Notes: a model not told the origin generated them from the letters alone. A stretch of DNA of 58,011 bases, filler included, from Sphacelaria rigidula (GCA_964200075.2; 9 parts of 9 records of this genome joined end to end with filler, not necessarily neighbours in it); one strand, 5' to 3'; shown: positions 24,094-37,868, counted from the whole stretch's first letter. Program-made: numbers and translations.

Positions 24094-24949
24094 CTGGAAA
24101 ATGACGACGCGAAATGAACACGGCAGAACTTGAGTGGTTCATTGGTTCATTTTATGATTGGAAAATGACGATGCGAAATGAACACGGCAGATTGGTTCAT
24201 TGGTTCATTGTATGGTTTACTGTCATTTTTCAACTGATCCGACCAGAATTCAGCTGACACCACAAGAACGTGTCAAAAACAAAACAAAATAGGAGGGAGG
24301 CGGGGGGGGGAGAACAAAAGACAAAAGGTGAATAAAATCCACTGGGATTTTTGCTTGCATGTATACGCGATTTCGCTAACATATTTGTCACTTGTGAACT
24401 GTACCTCAAAAGTGGAGGTTTGTTCTCTATCTTGTCCTAGTCGTTACTTATTTTTCACTTCGGTAGAGTATAAGTCGAAATGAAACACGTGGTGAATGGT
24501 GTGACTGTGAAACAAAAAAACGGTGTTTCTTGTTCTCGCGTACGACAGAAGAGGTCATCATCAATACTCATACAAATTGAATGACACTGATTGTCGTGTG
24601 CACTAAAACAGAATCCTGGGTCCAGTCAGTACAAAATCACTCCTAGGCATTTCTTCGGTCTACAGATGAATCGACCAAACCAGAGTGTCACGCCCGTCGT
24701 TATGTACGCGTAGTATTCTTCTGCTATCGTTCTTGTCCACAAAGTACACCTGTTGGTCATTCTCCAACGAATGTTCAACTTTTTGCTCATCAATCGAAGG
24801 CCCTTGGACGCAAAAAAGGTCATTGCAGCAGGCTAACACATTGCTCGTGTATTAGTACATCGCCTGCACCCATCTTCCGACATATATATCATAAAAAGGC
24901 GCCATCTGCTTGTTTTTTGCACACCCTGGACATTAGACGGCATATGTTG

Positions 24950-25380
24950 CGATAGCAATAGAATCTACCGCAGTAGATGCCAATATTGTCGTCCGTAATG
25001 GCCATCGATCGGCAAGTTTATCCTTCCACTGTCGTTGGCAATGTCTATCGATAGACCAGTTTCCCACACTCTTGTCTGGGTAGCAGTCTGCTGTGGCCCT
25101 ACACCGAAATCTATCGCGGCCAACCGAATGCGATCGATAGCTTTCCAAATCTATTGATGACGGCAACGGATATCGGTAGACCGCGCGCCAAATCAATTGA
25201 TGACGACGGTGGCTATTGACATATTGTATACCAAATCTATTGATGACGGCAATAGCTACTGATAGATTGCGTATAAGTCTGTGCACCGCGGCAATGACGA
25301 TTGATAGATACACACCAGAATCTACTGTGGTATACAATGCCCATCGATAGATATTCTCTGTCGTCCATTGCCACACCTAC
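24950..25380. repeat. Degenerate tandem repeat (recurring aaatctattgatgacggcaa / catcgatag motifs)
   Basis: The motif recurs at ~25147, ~25193 and ~25233, with related inverted motifs on either side. Confidence 0.6.
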
Positions 25381-27489
25381 ATCGCAACACAGGACGTATA
25401 AAGCATATTATACTCCGGTAGGGTACGGTAGAGAAGCCGCAGGTGGCCATGCAGTGGGTAAATAATTATACTACTTGTGAAAATATGGCATCACGTTTCT
25501 GTAATTTTGGAACGCTTATATTTTGTAGAAATCCGCAATATGTGTGGACAAAAGTTCACAAGTTTTGATGTTGGTATGGTGTTCGTACTTATGGTTGTTC
25601 CTCTGATAAACATAGGCGCTTACAGTACTTTTATGTGTGGGTGAGATGTGCTTATGTGTGTGTGTTGTGTTGTCGTCCCATTTATTCTGGGCACCAGTCT
25701 ACACCTTTCGGTGTATGTGGGTGCATCANNNNNNNNNNNNNNNNNNNNNNNNNNNNNNNNNNNNNNNNNNNNTTAATTAATTAANNNNNNNNNNNNNNNN
25801 NNNNNNNNNNNNNNNNNNNNNNNNNNNNTTTTTTTTCTTTTTGTTCCTTCCTCGCCCCCTCCCCCTCCCCGGAACACCCGCCGTCGGACCCCCCCCCCCC
25901 CCCCCCCCCCGGTACCTGCCGTGACACTTTGCTCTCGGCGACTTGATCAGCACTCTTCCATCCCGTTGAGTCGTGATTATTATCCAACACTCTCAGCTAC
26001 TCGCGTCCCAACGCCTTCAAACACGGAAGCGAGATGCTCTTCTCCAACAAAATTTGAATCTGTCAGAACCCTAACCCGCAGATCTTCCACGTTAACTGAC
26101 CGTGGCTGGATTATTCAATCCGTTGCGGTGCGGCGACTGCATATGCGCGAATATTCGTGATCCACGGCGAACGTGCGTTCGCAGCCTTTTCCACGCGTTG
26201 TCTTTCTCCGCCGGAACCTTTGTTCCAAATCCATCCCAAACACCTGTCCGTCTAGCGTCTGCCAAGGGGTCTGGGCTTTCAAAGGGCCAAGTAGCTCATA
26301 AAAATGTTTTTTTTTGCTTTACTCCAAGTTGAATTCACGGCAAGCAGTCGTTTTGGGATCCCAGCGAATCGCAAACGAGAGGTGGGCTCCTCTCAGTGAG
26401 GTGACGTAACCTGTCCAAGACAGATGACTTTGAACTTTCCTGGTTTGGGATCTAGAACACTGTCCCATACCTCAAGCTACAAGGATGTCAGGCAGAACAA
26501 TCCAATCTCCGCATGCTGCTGCCGCGCGAAACAGAAAATTAGCACGTTTCAATACTCACAACATCGGACGAAGCATCATTCGTGCGAGCGGTCCCGCACG
26601 CATTGACTGTGCGTGAAAGGCGTGTTCGATTCGTGATGTACGTGTAAGATATGCGCATAGTATGAAGTTTGATTGGTAATATTGCAAGTTTCACGTGCGG
26701 AAAAAGACTTCGTTTGATTTGTGCCGCACGAATCATGGCCGGGATTTAATACTACCAACGAAACATCTCACGACTGCTGTACCCACGTGTAAAACCGACA
26801 CAAACGATCCGTACATAACTCGTGCAAATGAATCCTCTAGCTTAAGACGTAAGTGAGGAAAGCGTACGTTTGGTGTGTGGTGCACGAATCAAACATGGAA
26901 TGCATTCGTGCTGTACGAATGACGGGAAGCAAGAATTGTGTACTTGTTGTCCATGCAAACGAAAAACCGGTAGAACCCATGTAAAAAAGAGCATACATTG
27001 CACCAATCTTGTGTCTGTTCCATTCTCATCATGCATTCGGACGATCCATTTTCTCATTCATACGACGTATCAGATAGCTAGTTGCTGAAATTGATACTAG
27101 CGACAGTGTAGAGCACTATCGGTTCTCTGAGAAAGCGAAAACGGAGCAACTGTAGACCAAAACGATTGAATGATCCAACAGATGAGTTCTGAAACAGCGA
27201 AGAAACAAGAGGTCGAGCTTTCAAGGCCGAGATGTTTCTAATGAAAATCAATCATGTTTGAAACTTAATCGTTGGCATTTTCCTGTCATCATTAACCACG
27301 AAAAAACGAAAAAAAAACATACACATCGCAAAAGCCGAAGCTTCGGGTACCCAGACCACTGTAATCCGAGCGGATGGGTGCATCGAGAGACAGATTTATC
27401 AAGACTTGATGTTCCATATTGTTAGCGAACCTTACACTGAATTGCGTTTGGTTTGCCGACGCCACTGCGTACCCCAGCTTCACACACGA

Positions 27490-28964
27490 TTAGAGGACAC
27501 TGCTTCGCGAAGAGGCACGATCAAAATACAGTACACACTGGTGTGCCTCTTTTGCAGAAGCGCCCAGAAAGATGACAGCATCCCCTGTTACACTGCCTTC
27601 GACAAAAATGGGGGGAATCGGTAGTTGAGAACAAGGACACCCCTGACGAACTAGCCACGCAAAACAGCTCTTGCCTTCGTCAACATTTCTTGAGATAACG
27701 GCATCGTCTTCGCACACCATTTCTGGAAACGTTGGTTGCTCCGAAGACCCACTCGCACGTGGACTGGCGAACATCGACGAAATCCGATCATTGGGAAGGT
27801 TCCCGGAATGTCTGCCCTCGGCGGTGATGCAATAGTCGGCTGTGTCGGTTGTTGGCGCTCCGGCGGCTAAGCTGACACCTACTTCCCTCCGCCCCTCGAG
27901 AGTTATTCCACTATCGGTGGAAATTTCGCTGGGCCTTTGTGAGACCTCACTCGACAATTCCGATTTTCCGCTGCCTGCATCCGCTTTGATCTCGCGGCCA
28001 TAATCGCTGTCGCTACTGGAGGTGCTGCTGTCGGTGTTGTTGGCAATAGCGTTGACGTTGGTGGCGTTGGTGCTCCCGCTGGATGGGTTTCCCAATGACC
28101 CAACTGAGCTCATGGGACGCACTCGAAGCGGATGTTTGTTCACGTTTGCTCGCCCCAACTGAGATGTTCGCACAAATTACGGACGCGTCAAGGCGTGCCG
28201 ACGGTGGGATGAGCGGCGTCTCTATGTAAGGCAGCTTCACACGCAAACGGTTCACAACCTGGACAGTATATGGCCAATAGATGCGACAAAACACGTACTG
28301 GATGAAGTATAGGCCTATTGCAACTATTGACGGCCGACAATGGTTGCAATAGGTCTATACTTTACTCAGTACACTTCTTGTCTATTGCATCTATTGACCA
28401 TATATGTCCAGGGTGTGAAACGGTTGGAAAATACACTTACCAGATTGAGCAGCCATGTCTCGCAAGAAAAGCAGGCGGGGGGTGGTACGTTTGCTGGTGG
28501 GTAGCTAAAAAGAACGACCTGTACCACCTCCCACGGTTGCGTGTCACAGACGAACAAGACCTTCCAGTCGTGTGAATTTAAGGAAAACGCTCGATTGTGT
28601 ACAATTGTTCTTTTTCTTCCTTCATTGGTGTCTTTTGCTCGAGGTTTCGTTGTCGAGTGATACCGTGTATTCATTCACAGCTGTACCTATGCCATGACCA
28701 AGGATGGATTGGAAGTGAATTACTCCATGTGAGGCAATCGATCAGTTCGTGAGTAGATATTGCCAAGTATCCTACAGGTCGGCGTGCCATCCCGACACCA
28801 CTCTCCGCCTGCCTCACGTCTCCTAATTGGAGTTTGAACTTTTGGAGGGTGGTCTCCATTTCACGGATAACCCGCGCGTCCCCTTGCCTCCCCTGCTCAC
28901 CCCCTACATTACGAACAACTACGTCCCCGCTGTACTTCGTGTTCGGGCCTCCTCCAATCAACAA
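27490..28964 (-). pseudogene. Possible exons of an unidentified, perhaps decayed host gene
   Basis: Three minus-strand ORFs (28671-28964, 28366-28674, 27490-28173). A donor ctg|gtaagt at ~28441 and an acceptor ccag| at ~28260 join in phase 0, but the frames break downstream. Confidence 0.3.
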
Positions 28965-29995
28965 GTAGCCATGAAAAAGTCACACACGCCACCAGGGGGC
29001 ATCATACACATCGTGCTGAGTACATGCGCGTTCGGATACCAAGCCCTTCACATCCCCAGGACAGAACGCATTTCTGTATTACAGGCTGGTACACGCTTTC
29101 GACCCAGTACTCATCCATCTGCAAATGTTCACATCGATTTTTCGAGTTGGATTCCAAACAATTGCACACATACACGACCAAGCATTATACAATAGTTTCA
29201 AGATACGGCGATTTTCGATTTGTTTCGCTGGCTATCGAGGGTCTCAGGGACCGGAGTCACATGCCCTTCTGGGACCCCCGATACCCGACTGCTTCGTATA
29301 ATTATTTTTTGTGAAAAACAGCGGTTCTTGAAACATTTGCAAAGCCCAGTATATATGTAGACAAGTTTCAGAAGCTGACTCCAAGAATCGGCGTGAGCAT
29401 TTGCGCTATTGTGCGATGAAGTGAGGTTGACGTACGAACTCCTCACTCGGTTGAAGTAGGGAAACGGCTTCTTCGGTTACGGTCAACGTAAGAACGACCT
29501 CATTGGAACAAGTGTTTCTTGAATTACCCCGAGATGCCTCATTTTTTCCTTTCGTTTCAAGGCATTCTGTATCGCACACCGTGGGTCTTCACGCCGGGAC
29601 ACCCGCTATCTAGCCTGCAAAGGGCGGGAGAAACGATATAAAAATAATTTACCAACACATATTTGCATCTCACCAGCACACGTACCTACCTAACGGCGGA
29701 GTTTGAGAGTGGTCGAAGCTTTCCGACTACAGATATAAAGGTAAACGGTGGGAAGGCTTGCTGGGTCTTTGGTGCGTATAACAATTGGAAACCTGACGAC
29801 GGTCAAACCCGTACAATCGAAACAAGACCGATTGGGTATTATTCGGTCCAGCAGTAGCGGTTTCAAGGGTGTGTTGGGTGGGGAAAGTAGCCGAGTAACT
29901 CCTGTCTCGAATTTCGTGTTGCGATGGTCCAATCTCCAACGTCTCCCTTAATATTGGGTAAAGTTAGGTACGATGACAATACTCTACCCAATGTC

Positions 29996-31338
29996 CAAGG
30001 GGCCTTACAGACTGGAATACGTTTTTCACCGCCCCCGATTCCTGAAAACCTCATTCCGGGCGACGGGGAGGGGGAGGGTGGGTACCCTATTTTGGAGGGG
30101 TACGTACCCTCTGATCAGATGAGTAATGACGATAGTAGGTACTGTACTGTGCAGCACGTACATGAACGGCTTTTCCCGGCTTTTGCCAGGCCTGTGTGCA
30201 AGTTGTGTATGCTACGGCTGCACGGTAGGTGGTGGGGGTACGTCGAGCCTTGGCTGAGGAACGTCTAGGCAAGTCGAGAAGAACATGTCCGCAGATTCAG
30301 GCAGTGGAAGTGAAAGCGCTGGAGGTACAGGAGCTGGAAGTGTGCCACAGCTTCCACGAGGATAAGAAGGGGTGAACGCACATTTGTTGTTGTCTGTGTG
30401 TTGTCGTTCCATCTGTTCTGGACGCCAGTCTACACCTTCCGGAATATATGGGCGCACGAGCCGGGGTCACACAGGAGAAAGGCCAACACATGAGTATATT
30501 CTTTTTTGGATGTTTCAGTTCTCCACCTTCCTGCTGCGGTGCTCACCTTAATTTTTTTTTGTCGACAGAGGAGTTCAGCACTCCCTTTCCCTCGTCGACC
30601 GTGAGGTCGACTGTTTTTCAACAGATTATGCCAGCATGGATAAAGAATACAGATCTGTGACTTCTTGGCTACTTTCTTTAGCGACACAATCTTCACGAGA
30701 TTCTCATTTGTCGCTTCTACCTCTGTTGCTGGGCAGTATGCCGACCTTCGGACATTGCCCCTCGACACAGCTGTCCGGACGCGGGCACTGCCTAAGCGGG
30801 CAATTAGGTGATCATCCTTGAATCATGTACAACTCGTTGACACCATGGGAGTACTTTCAGAACACTTTTATGCCCGTTGGAATTGTTCAGTCAAGTCACA
30901 GTAGTAGTAGTGTAAACCTCTGGTGCCACTCAGCAACACGTACGACTCGTGGTACACTTTCCTTGATCGACAAACAGAACGTCCTCGGGTCCATGTGTCT
31001 TGAGTACATGGCACTCTTCAGCATTGCGGCCTCACTACCGTACACCTACCTAGAGCCATTTTCCAGCCGTCACCTTGACTGAAAAATCATCATCCAACGG
31101 CCAAGTTCTATTCCCTACAGCCGCTAGAACAGTTGATATGCCCAAACTCCTCGGTTTCGGGCTGGTCGGGTTAAGACCAGCATCGTGGTGATGAAGGTAC
31201 CATCCTATTCCGTGTTCTGGTGAAGAAACAGGGAGAAACAGGTTTGTGGGCATCAATTTTCATTTTTCCTCATTCTCGACCACCCCTGGGGGGGATGGGG
31301 GTGTGTGTGAACCGTATTCCAGTCTGTAAGGTCCCTTG
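29996..31338. mobile_element. Non-autonomous DNA transposon, 1343 bp, with 26-bp TIRs and a 7-bp TSD (P-superfamily-like)
   Basis: TIR CAAGGG(G/A)CCTTACAGACTGGAATACG at both ends, flanked by CAATGTC and CAATATC. A paralogous empty site has a single CAATATC at 17993-17999. Confidence 0.85.
30385..30615 (-). mobile_element. 3' part of a tRNA-derived SINE nested in the TIR element. Other fragments at 25655-25728, 31350-31480 and 50150-50340
   Basis: Matches the SINE body at 55511-55740 (ccagtctacacct..gggcgca..agccggggtcacacagga). Confidence 0.8.
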
Positions 31339-31884
31339 CAATATCTGGGTGTTGTTGTTGAGTGTGTTTACAGTAGTGCCATTCCATCTGCTCCGGATGC
31401 CAGTAAACACCATTCGGTATATTATGTGGGCGTATCAGCCGGGGTCAGACAGAGGAAGGCCAACACAGGAGTTTCTTCTTCTTGATTGCAATCTCAACAC
31501 TCTGCACAGGTTTTGGTTCCCCTTTCAAAAATACCCGAAATGTACGAAATACCCTAACTCCAACGAACAAATACTGAGAACCCTCGAGCATGGGGTACAG
31601 GGTGTTCACCATGCAAAGGTGTGCGGCGATTTGGACAAAAACACGTTCTGGGCACGCTAGGAGTACGCTATAATAGGAGCACAGCCCCTAGTAAAGATCC
31701 GCATTTCGGTGTCAACTCTGAAATCAAGTCGGACTGACTTTCCCGTCTGAACTGGTAAACTTTACCTCCAGAAACTATTATTATATTATTATTATTACTA
31801 TACTCGTATAGAAATACCCTAACCAGGACACCCCTAATCGGTTTCCAGATCTGTTTCTTCCATTATGTTGGATTCCCGAACTGA

Positions 31885-31948
31885 GGCTGGATGTTATGGC
31901 ACACAGATTTTTAGCCCATGGATTGTTCACTTTTGGGACGCTTGACTC
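31885..31948 (+). mobile_element. Terminal fragment of the Tourist-like MITE seen at 11634-12110
   Basis: TGA|GGCTGGATGTTATGGCACACAGATTTTTAGCCCATGG matches the TIR. Confidence 0.75.
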
Positions 31949-32589
31949 ACCTGTTCACGGTTAGGACGAATCATCACGACTAAGAATCACCAAATTCACT
32001 ATTTCTTCGGTGTGATTACCCAAAAGGGAGAAAAAAGTTGATCGCTGGTCCAAGGAGTTTTCACGCAACTTTTGCGCCATTCCACGTGTAACAGTGTTTT
32101 TGTTAGATTGAGAGTAGATGATACGATTTAGAGTGAAAAGCGGTCAATCAGTGAACGAATCGTTTCAGTTCCGAAATACACTTCCNNNNNNNNNNNNNNN
32201 NNNNNNNNNNNNNNNNNNNNNNNNNNNNNTTAATTAATTAANNNNNNNNNNNNNNNNNNNNNNNNNNNNNNNNNNNNNNNNNNNNTCCCGGCTTTGTAGG
32301 GACGCGAGGTCAATGGTCTGATGACTATGGCGTGCAGGATCATGAGTACACCCCCTTTAAGGGTTTGCGTCTGTTGGCAACGACACTGTAAAACACGCCA
32401 CTCTCTGCGCAATTGAGGCAATCACGTTTCCGGTTTTTTATCGCTCGCGCCTTTTTGCGGAAACCATGATTTGGTCTTAGTTAGATCGCCGGTGTGTTGT
32501 CGGGCTTTTTGATACTGTAGGGTTCTCCCCGACTGCCACCCGTCTGGGGTTGGTTGTGTCGTGGTAGGCTAACCCCATCGACAACATAC

Positions 32590-35500
32590 CAAATAAGTAA
32601 GGGAGGGTAAGTTGACCTGCTGGCTTGCCTGCGTGTCGTTTCAGTGGTGATGCAACACAAACAGTCTAGATAGTGGGTCATGCCGACAGTGTCTGACGTC
32701 CAGGCTCAATCCCGCAGCTTCGGAGTTCCACCCTAGAATGGGAACCAAATCGAACCCCGCAGCTGCAGCTTTTTACCCGGTGTTGAGACATTGTCACGGA
32801 AAGCACGTTGATGGAGATAAGGCACGTGTGAGTAAGTGTCAGATTCGGCGGACTGGAGATTGCGGCCGACGCGGGATAGGAAGACTGCACCCTACCCGCG
32901 AGACCAACAAGCAAGGCAAGTACCGTGATAGACGTGCCAAAGAAGAATCAGAACATAAAAAAAGCTCGCCCGTAAAATGAGGAGGCGAAACAGATCAAGA
33001 AGGAGAGCATCGTAAAGAGAAAGACGCGTAAATATCGAGAAGGCTAAGGCTAGGTCGCGTAGGGTGAAGCTCAAAGTGGCTACCTACATAGTCTGTACAC
33101 TGTCCCTCACGGCAAAGAATGGACCTGGCAATGCTGAGGTGGTCCTGCAAAAAGATAAGGAAGTCAGACGTGATTGGGCTACAGGAAACGAGGAGACCGG
33201 ATCGAACCGAATTTTGCGCGGCAGTATATCGTGTCTTTTGCTGCGGAGGGAGACAAGGGAAGAGCTGGTCAACATGGGTTTGGGTCGGCGGTCAAGGAGT
33301 TGATCATCAGCAAGGCGACGTGGACTCAGGCACTAAGCAGCGAACGCCTCATGTCGATGACTTTCAACCTAGCGGATTAATCAAACACTGTTACGTTCAT
33401 AGTTGCATATGCCCCTACAGACACTCCACAATCAAGAGAAGAGAGAGATGTGTTCGATACTGAGTTAGACGGCATTGTGAACCGTATCCCCCACGAACAT
33501 CACCTGTTGTTGTTAATGGACGCTACCGCGAGGACTGGAGTACAAACAGGCGAGGAGGAACGTAAAATTGAAGGAGCATACGGGTGGGACTCCCCATCCA
33601 ACGACAGTAACGGCATATCTCTGATGAGATTTGCAGGCGACAACAGGCTTTCCCTGTTCAACACGTTCTTTCTCATCCCCAAGGGTGGCACCTCGCGTAC
33701 GTTCAACGGTATCGCGAGTTGCCCCACGGACAAGAAACGCATTGACGACATCCTCACACGGCAAGATCACCGCAGGCTTGTTCGCGATGTCACCGTCCAC
33801 CTTCAACCCCCCGACTCGCCGGACTCTGACCACAATATCGTGTGCGCGTCAGTGCGGCTCCTTGGTCGCTTCGCACACAACAGACCTAGACGGACACCAA
33901 TTAGGTGTACACCGATCGGCGGACGGACAATACTATCTGACCCCGACAGACGTGAGCAGCTCACCCAGCTCATAATCAGCGAGCTCAAACAGAGTATACC
34001 TGGTGATACAGTTAGGTCACTGGCTACGAACTTTGCCGACGTACTCTTGAGTTCCGCTGAAAAGGTGGTACCCCGTCTGATCCGAAAGCCACGTATACCG
34101 GGGTGGTCGAGGATGCTGAAATCAGAACGGAATTCGAAATGGCCTGGATGGAGAGGGAAAGGGCGAGATCAACGGTGAGACTGGCATCATCTCGAGATAA
34201 ACCTACATGGCGCACACTGCGAGCAGCATGCAAAAAGATCAAAGAGGTGATCCAAGTTGGGGTGGACAAATATATGGATGTGTATGCTAGAGAACGAATG
34301 GAGTATACTCGAGCGGAGGACATGAGAGGATGGTACAGACATCTCAACGGAAAGTGGAAACTGCCTGGACGACCAATCGAGAGTGAGCAGTACATTCGAG
34401 ATGAGGACGGCAATTTACTGCGGGACAAAGGTTTAATCAGTGGCAGATGGGAACGGTACTTCTCTACGTTGCTGAACGCCATATCGGTAACTATCGACCG
34501 AACCGTCATGCTCAGCAACCAATAGCGCTGTCTCTAGAAGCCCCGCCAAGCCCAAGCGAAACTGAGGAGCCTCTGAGAGCTATGTCGAACGGCAAAGCAG
34601 CCAATCCGGATGGCATTCCTGTTGAAATCCTGAATCTTGGACTGAACGGGGAGGCGTCGGACATTCTGCACCACTTCCACAGCATAATCTATGCGGTTTA
34701 AGCATCTGGCGAGGTGCCGCAAGAATGGAAATACGTCACGATCAAAGTGCTGCACGAAAAACAAGGTAGGGCCGAGTGTGGTAACTACAGAAGCATTTCA
34801 CTCGTGGCACATACTGCTCAAGTTCTCCCCAAAATCGTAGCGAACAGGCTCAGTAATGCTTGTGGGGAAACAAATGTCTCCCCGGAAGAACAGTGTGGAT
34901 TTACGTGCCAAAGATCGACTACAAACATGATGTTTGTAGTACGCCGACTTCAGGAGTTGGGACGGGCGAGCAATGTCTCAATAAACATGTGCTTCATCGA
35001 TCTGCAGAAAGCCTACGGTTCCGAGGACCGCACGCTCCTGTAAGAAGTGCTTGCTTGGTTCGGAGTCCCGTCGTGGATGATCATCCGTATTTTCTACGAC
35101 GGCATGCGAGCTCGGGTACAGGTAGATAGTGGCGACCGATCAGCGTGGTTCCACGTCTACCAGGGACTCAGATGAAGTTGCGTTTCGTCCCCGCTTTTGT
35201 AAAACATCTTCGGAGCAGGCTTGGTGGAAGTGATCGTTCAGCGGTTTGCGGCGGACCCACTCATCGTCTCAGGCTTGGTCTTTCCAGATGATGCGCCACA
35301 AGGTGTCGGTGGTGAAACCGTGGAAGAGACACCACTGGAAAAAGTGCGACGAGCGGTGTGGACAATGCTTTATGCGCACGACGCCGGCACAGCCTTGAGG
35401 ACTTCAGAAGGCCTTGCTCGAATGATAACCGTGATATTGATGACCTGCCAGGAATTCGGCCTGATGGTCTCCGAGAGCAAGACAGAGTCCATGCGCCTTT

Positions 35501-36701
35501 GGCCAGTACCCAGTGCCACGGGGGCCGCCCTGGATATCAAAGCTGCCGGTCAATGGTATAAGCAGGCGGGGAAGTTCATATACCTTGGTGGAGCTATCAG
35601 CGCCGATGCGAAAATGTTAATTGAAATCAAGCGCCATATCAGCGCGGCGTGGGCGCGTATACGAAAATATCGCTCCGAAGTTATAGCTCCCACCTCTACG
35701 ACCGACCCAACGCCGAGCTATCCTTGAAAATTCGACTGCTTAAAGCGGACGTGGTGGAAGCTCTGTTGTGTGGACGTGCCACATGGACGCTACGTTCTGA
35801 GGACTTCGGCACTCTGCGGACTACCCATCACGAGCTCTTGCTGCGAATGGTTGGATTCCCCGGGAAATATCGGAATGGTTACAAGACTCTTTCGTACAGA
35901 GCGGTCTGAAGATGACCAACTGCGAACATATCGAAATGACTACCCGCAAACATCAAGTCTGCTTCGCGGGAGCCCTTGCCCGGCAGAAGGAAACACGCCT
36001 TCCTAAGCGCGCATGACCGGTCGGTTAACCGCACGAGAAGGAGGCCGGCCGCCCCCCCAAGCAATGGGAGGATACCCTCCGATAGAATATACGTGCACTA
36101 GGGGCTGTTCCGCACAAAGGAGCCAGACGGGAGTGATTCGTCTACGGTGTAGAGGTTAACGATGCATACGATTGGGTCACTGCGGCGAAGAACATGGGTA
36201 AATGGCATATTGGAGTCAAGAAACGAGCGGAAGAGTTTGAGGAGACGTGGCGAAGCGCGGACAGACGAGAATCAGACCGTCATAGCAAACGAGAGGCTGC
36301 TACGTCGAGGGCCACCACTCGAATAATCCTGTCTGCTCATACCGGTTGTCGATTTATGTCCTTAACCGGTGGCTCTGCGGTGCCCACTGGTGTGTGTGTG
36401 TGTGTATCTACTCTGCTGCCCTGAATCCCTAGGGCTTTTTCCGTCTTCTTTCTCTCATTTTCCTTTTTTTGTTTCAGATCGGCCATCCCTTTCTGTGTTT
36501 TGCTTTTGTTGGCATTTTTTCCCCCTACGTCTTATTCCAACATGTCGTTCTCTTCGACTATTTCTGTTCCTTCTTTTTCTTCAGCAAGTGTTTTCAGTTT
36601 TGTTTTTTCTTTGGTACGTACGTCCGTCATGTGACCACGGCTTGATCCCTGGGGGGTCACTTAAAGTACGACAATCAATCAATCCATTAATCAATCAATC
36701 A
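32590..36701 (+). mobile_element. Near full-length but decayed RTE-clade LINE (APE and RT) with a (CAAT)n tail
   Basis: ATG at 32977. APE motifs KVATY, VIGLQETRR, VAYAPT, LMDATARTG and DSDHNIV; RT motifs GKAANPDGIP, NYRSISL, EEQCGF, FIDLQKAY, MLYAHDA and YLGG. Many stops. The 5' boundary is approximate. Confidence 0.92.
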
Positions 36702-36960
36702 AGATCATGCCGTGCGGGGTGTACAACCTCAACTCTCGCAGAGAGGATAGTCGTGCTACGTAGCGTTTAAAGGGTGAGACACCCGTGGGGCAGTGTAACC
36801 CGTGGTTGTCTCTGGAGGTGGCGATACCAAAAGATGAAGCGACTTATTTGAGACTGCCATGCATATGCGGGATAACTATTACGGTGGCGTATAGGTAATG
36901 AAGGCTCGACGCCAAATCTCTGTTTTTTGGGCGACTGGAACGTTTTATAGCTTAATAGAA

Positions 36961-37868
36961 CCACATCAATAAGGGTGTCACGCAGGAGAAAAAAGACAGG
37001 AAAATAATATCTTCGTAATGAGTTATGCCGTCATATCCATGATTTTGGACGTTACCCTTGGGCTTGCTCGGGGTAAGTGTCTGAACAAATATTCGTAATA
37101 TGATCGTCAATTTTGAGTGGAATATAACAAACGGTGGTTGAAAAAATCGCATAAATAAGGGTGTTACGCAGGAGAAAAAAAACGGGAAACAAATATTTTC
37201 GTAACGAGATATACCGTAATATCAATGATTTTGGACATCACCCTTGGGCTTGCTCGGGGTAGGAGTCTGAGCGAATATTGCACAGTAAAATCATCAATTT
37301 TGATTGGAGTATAATAACCGATGGCTTGAAAGAACTGCATCAATAAGGGTGTCACGCTGGAGAAAAAAAACAGGAAACAAATATTTTCGTAATGAGTCAT
37401 GTCTTAAATATCAATGATTTTGGACGTTACCCTTGGGCTTGCTTGGGGTAAGAGTCTGAACAAAATATTTCATGATATAATCGTCAACTTTGATTGGAAT
37501 ATAACAACGAATGGCTTAAAATAATCGCACACATGAGGGTGTCACGCAGAAGAAAAAAAACGGGGAATATATATATATATATATATATTTGCAACGAGAT
37601 ATGCCTTGATATCCATGATTTTGGACGTCACCCTTGGCCTGGCTCGTGGTGAACTTTTGAATGAAAATTTTACTGTGGAATGATCAATTTTGATTGGAAT
37701 ATAATAACCAATTGCTTGAAAGAATTGCACAAATGAGGGTGTTGGTTGGACTATAACAACCGATGCCTCGAAAGAACCGTATGGATAAGGGTGTCACGCA
37801 GGAGAAAATAAAACGGAAAAAAATAGTTTTGCAATAAGTTATGCCTCAATGTCTATGTTACCCTTGGG
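36961..37868. repeat. Satellite-like tandem array, ~188-bp monomer, ~4.5 copies
   Basis: (aat)aagggtgtcacgcaggagaaaa recurs at ~36968, 37154, 37342, 37532 and 37784. Confidence 0.9.

Noticed and set aside
29663..29857. VFGAYNNWKP resembling a carbohydrate-binding module
   Set aside because: Short ORF with a single weak motif and no supporting context.
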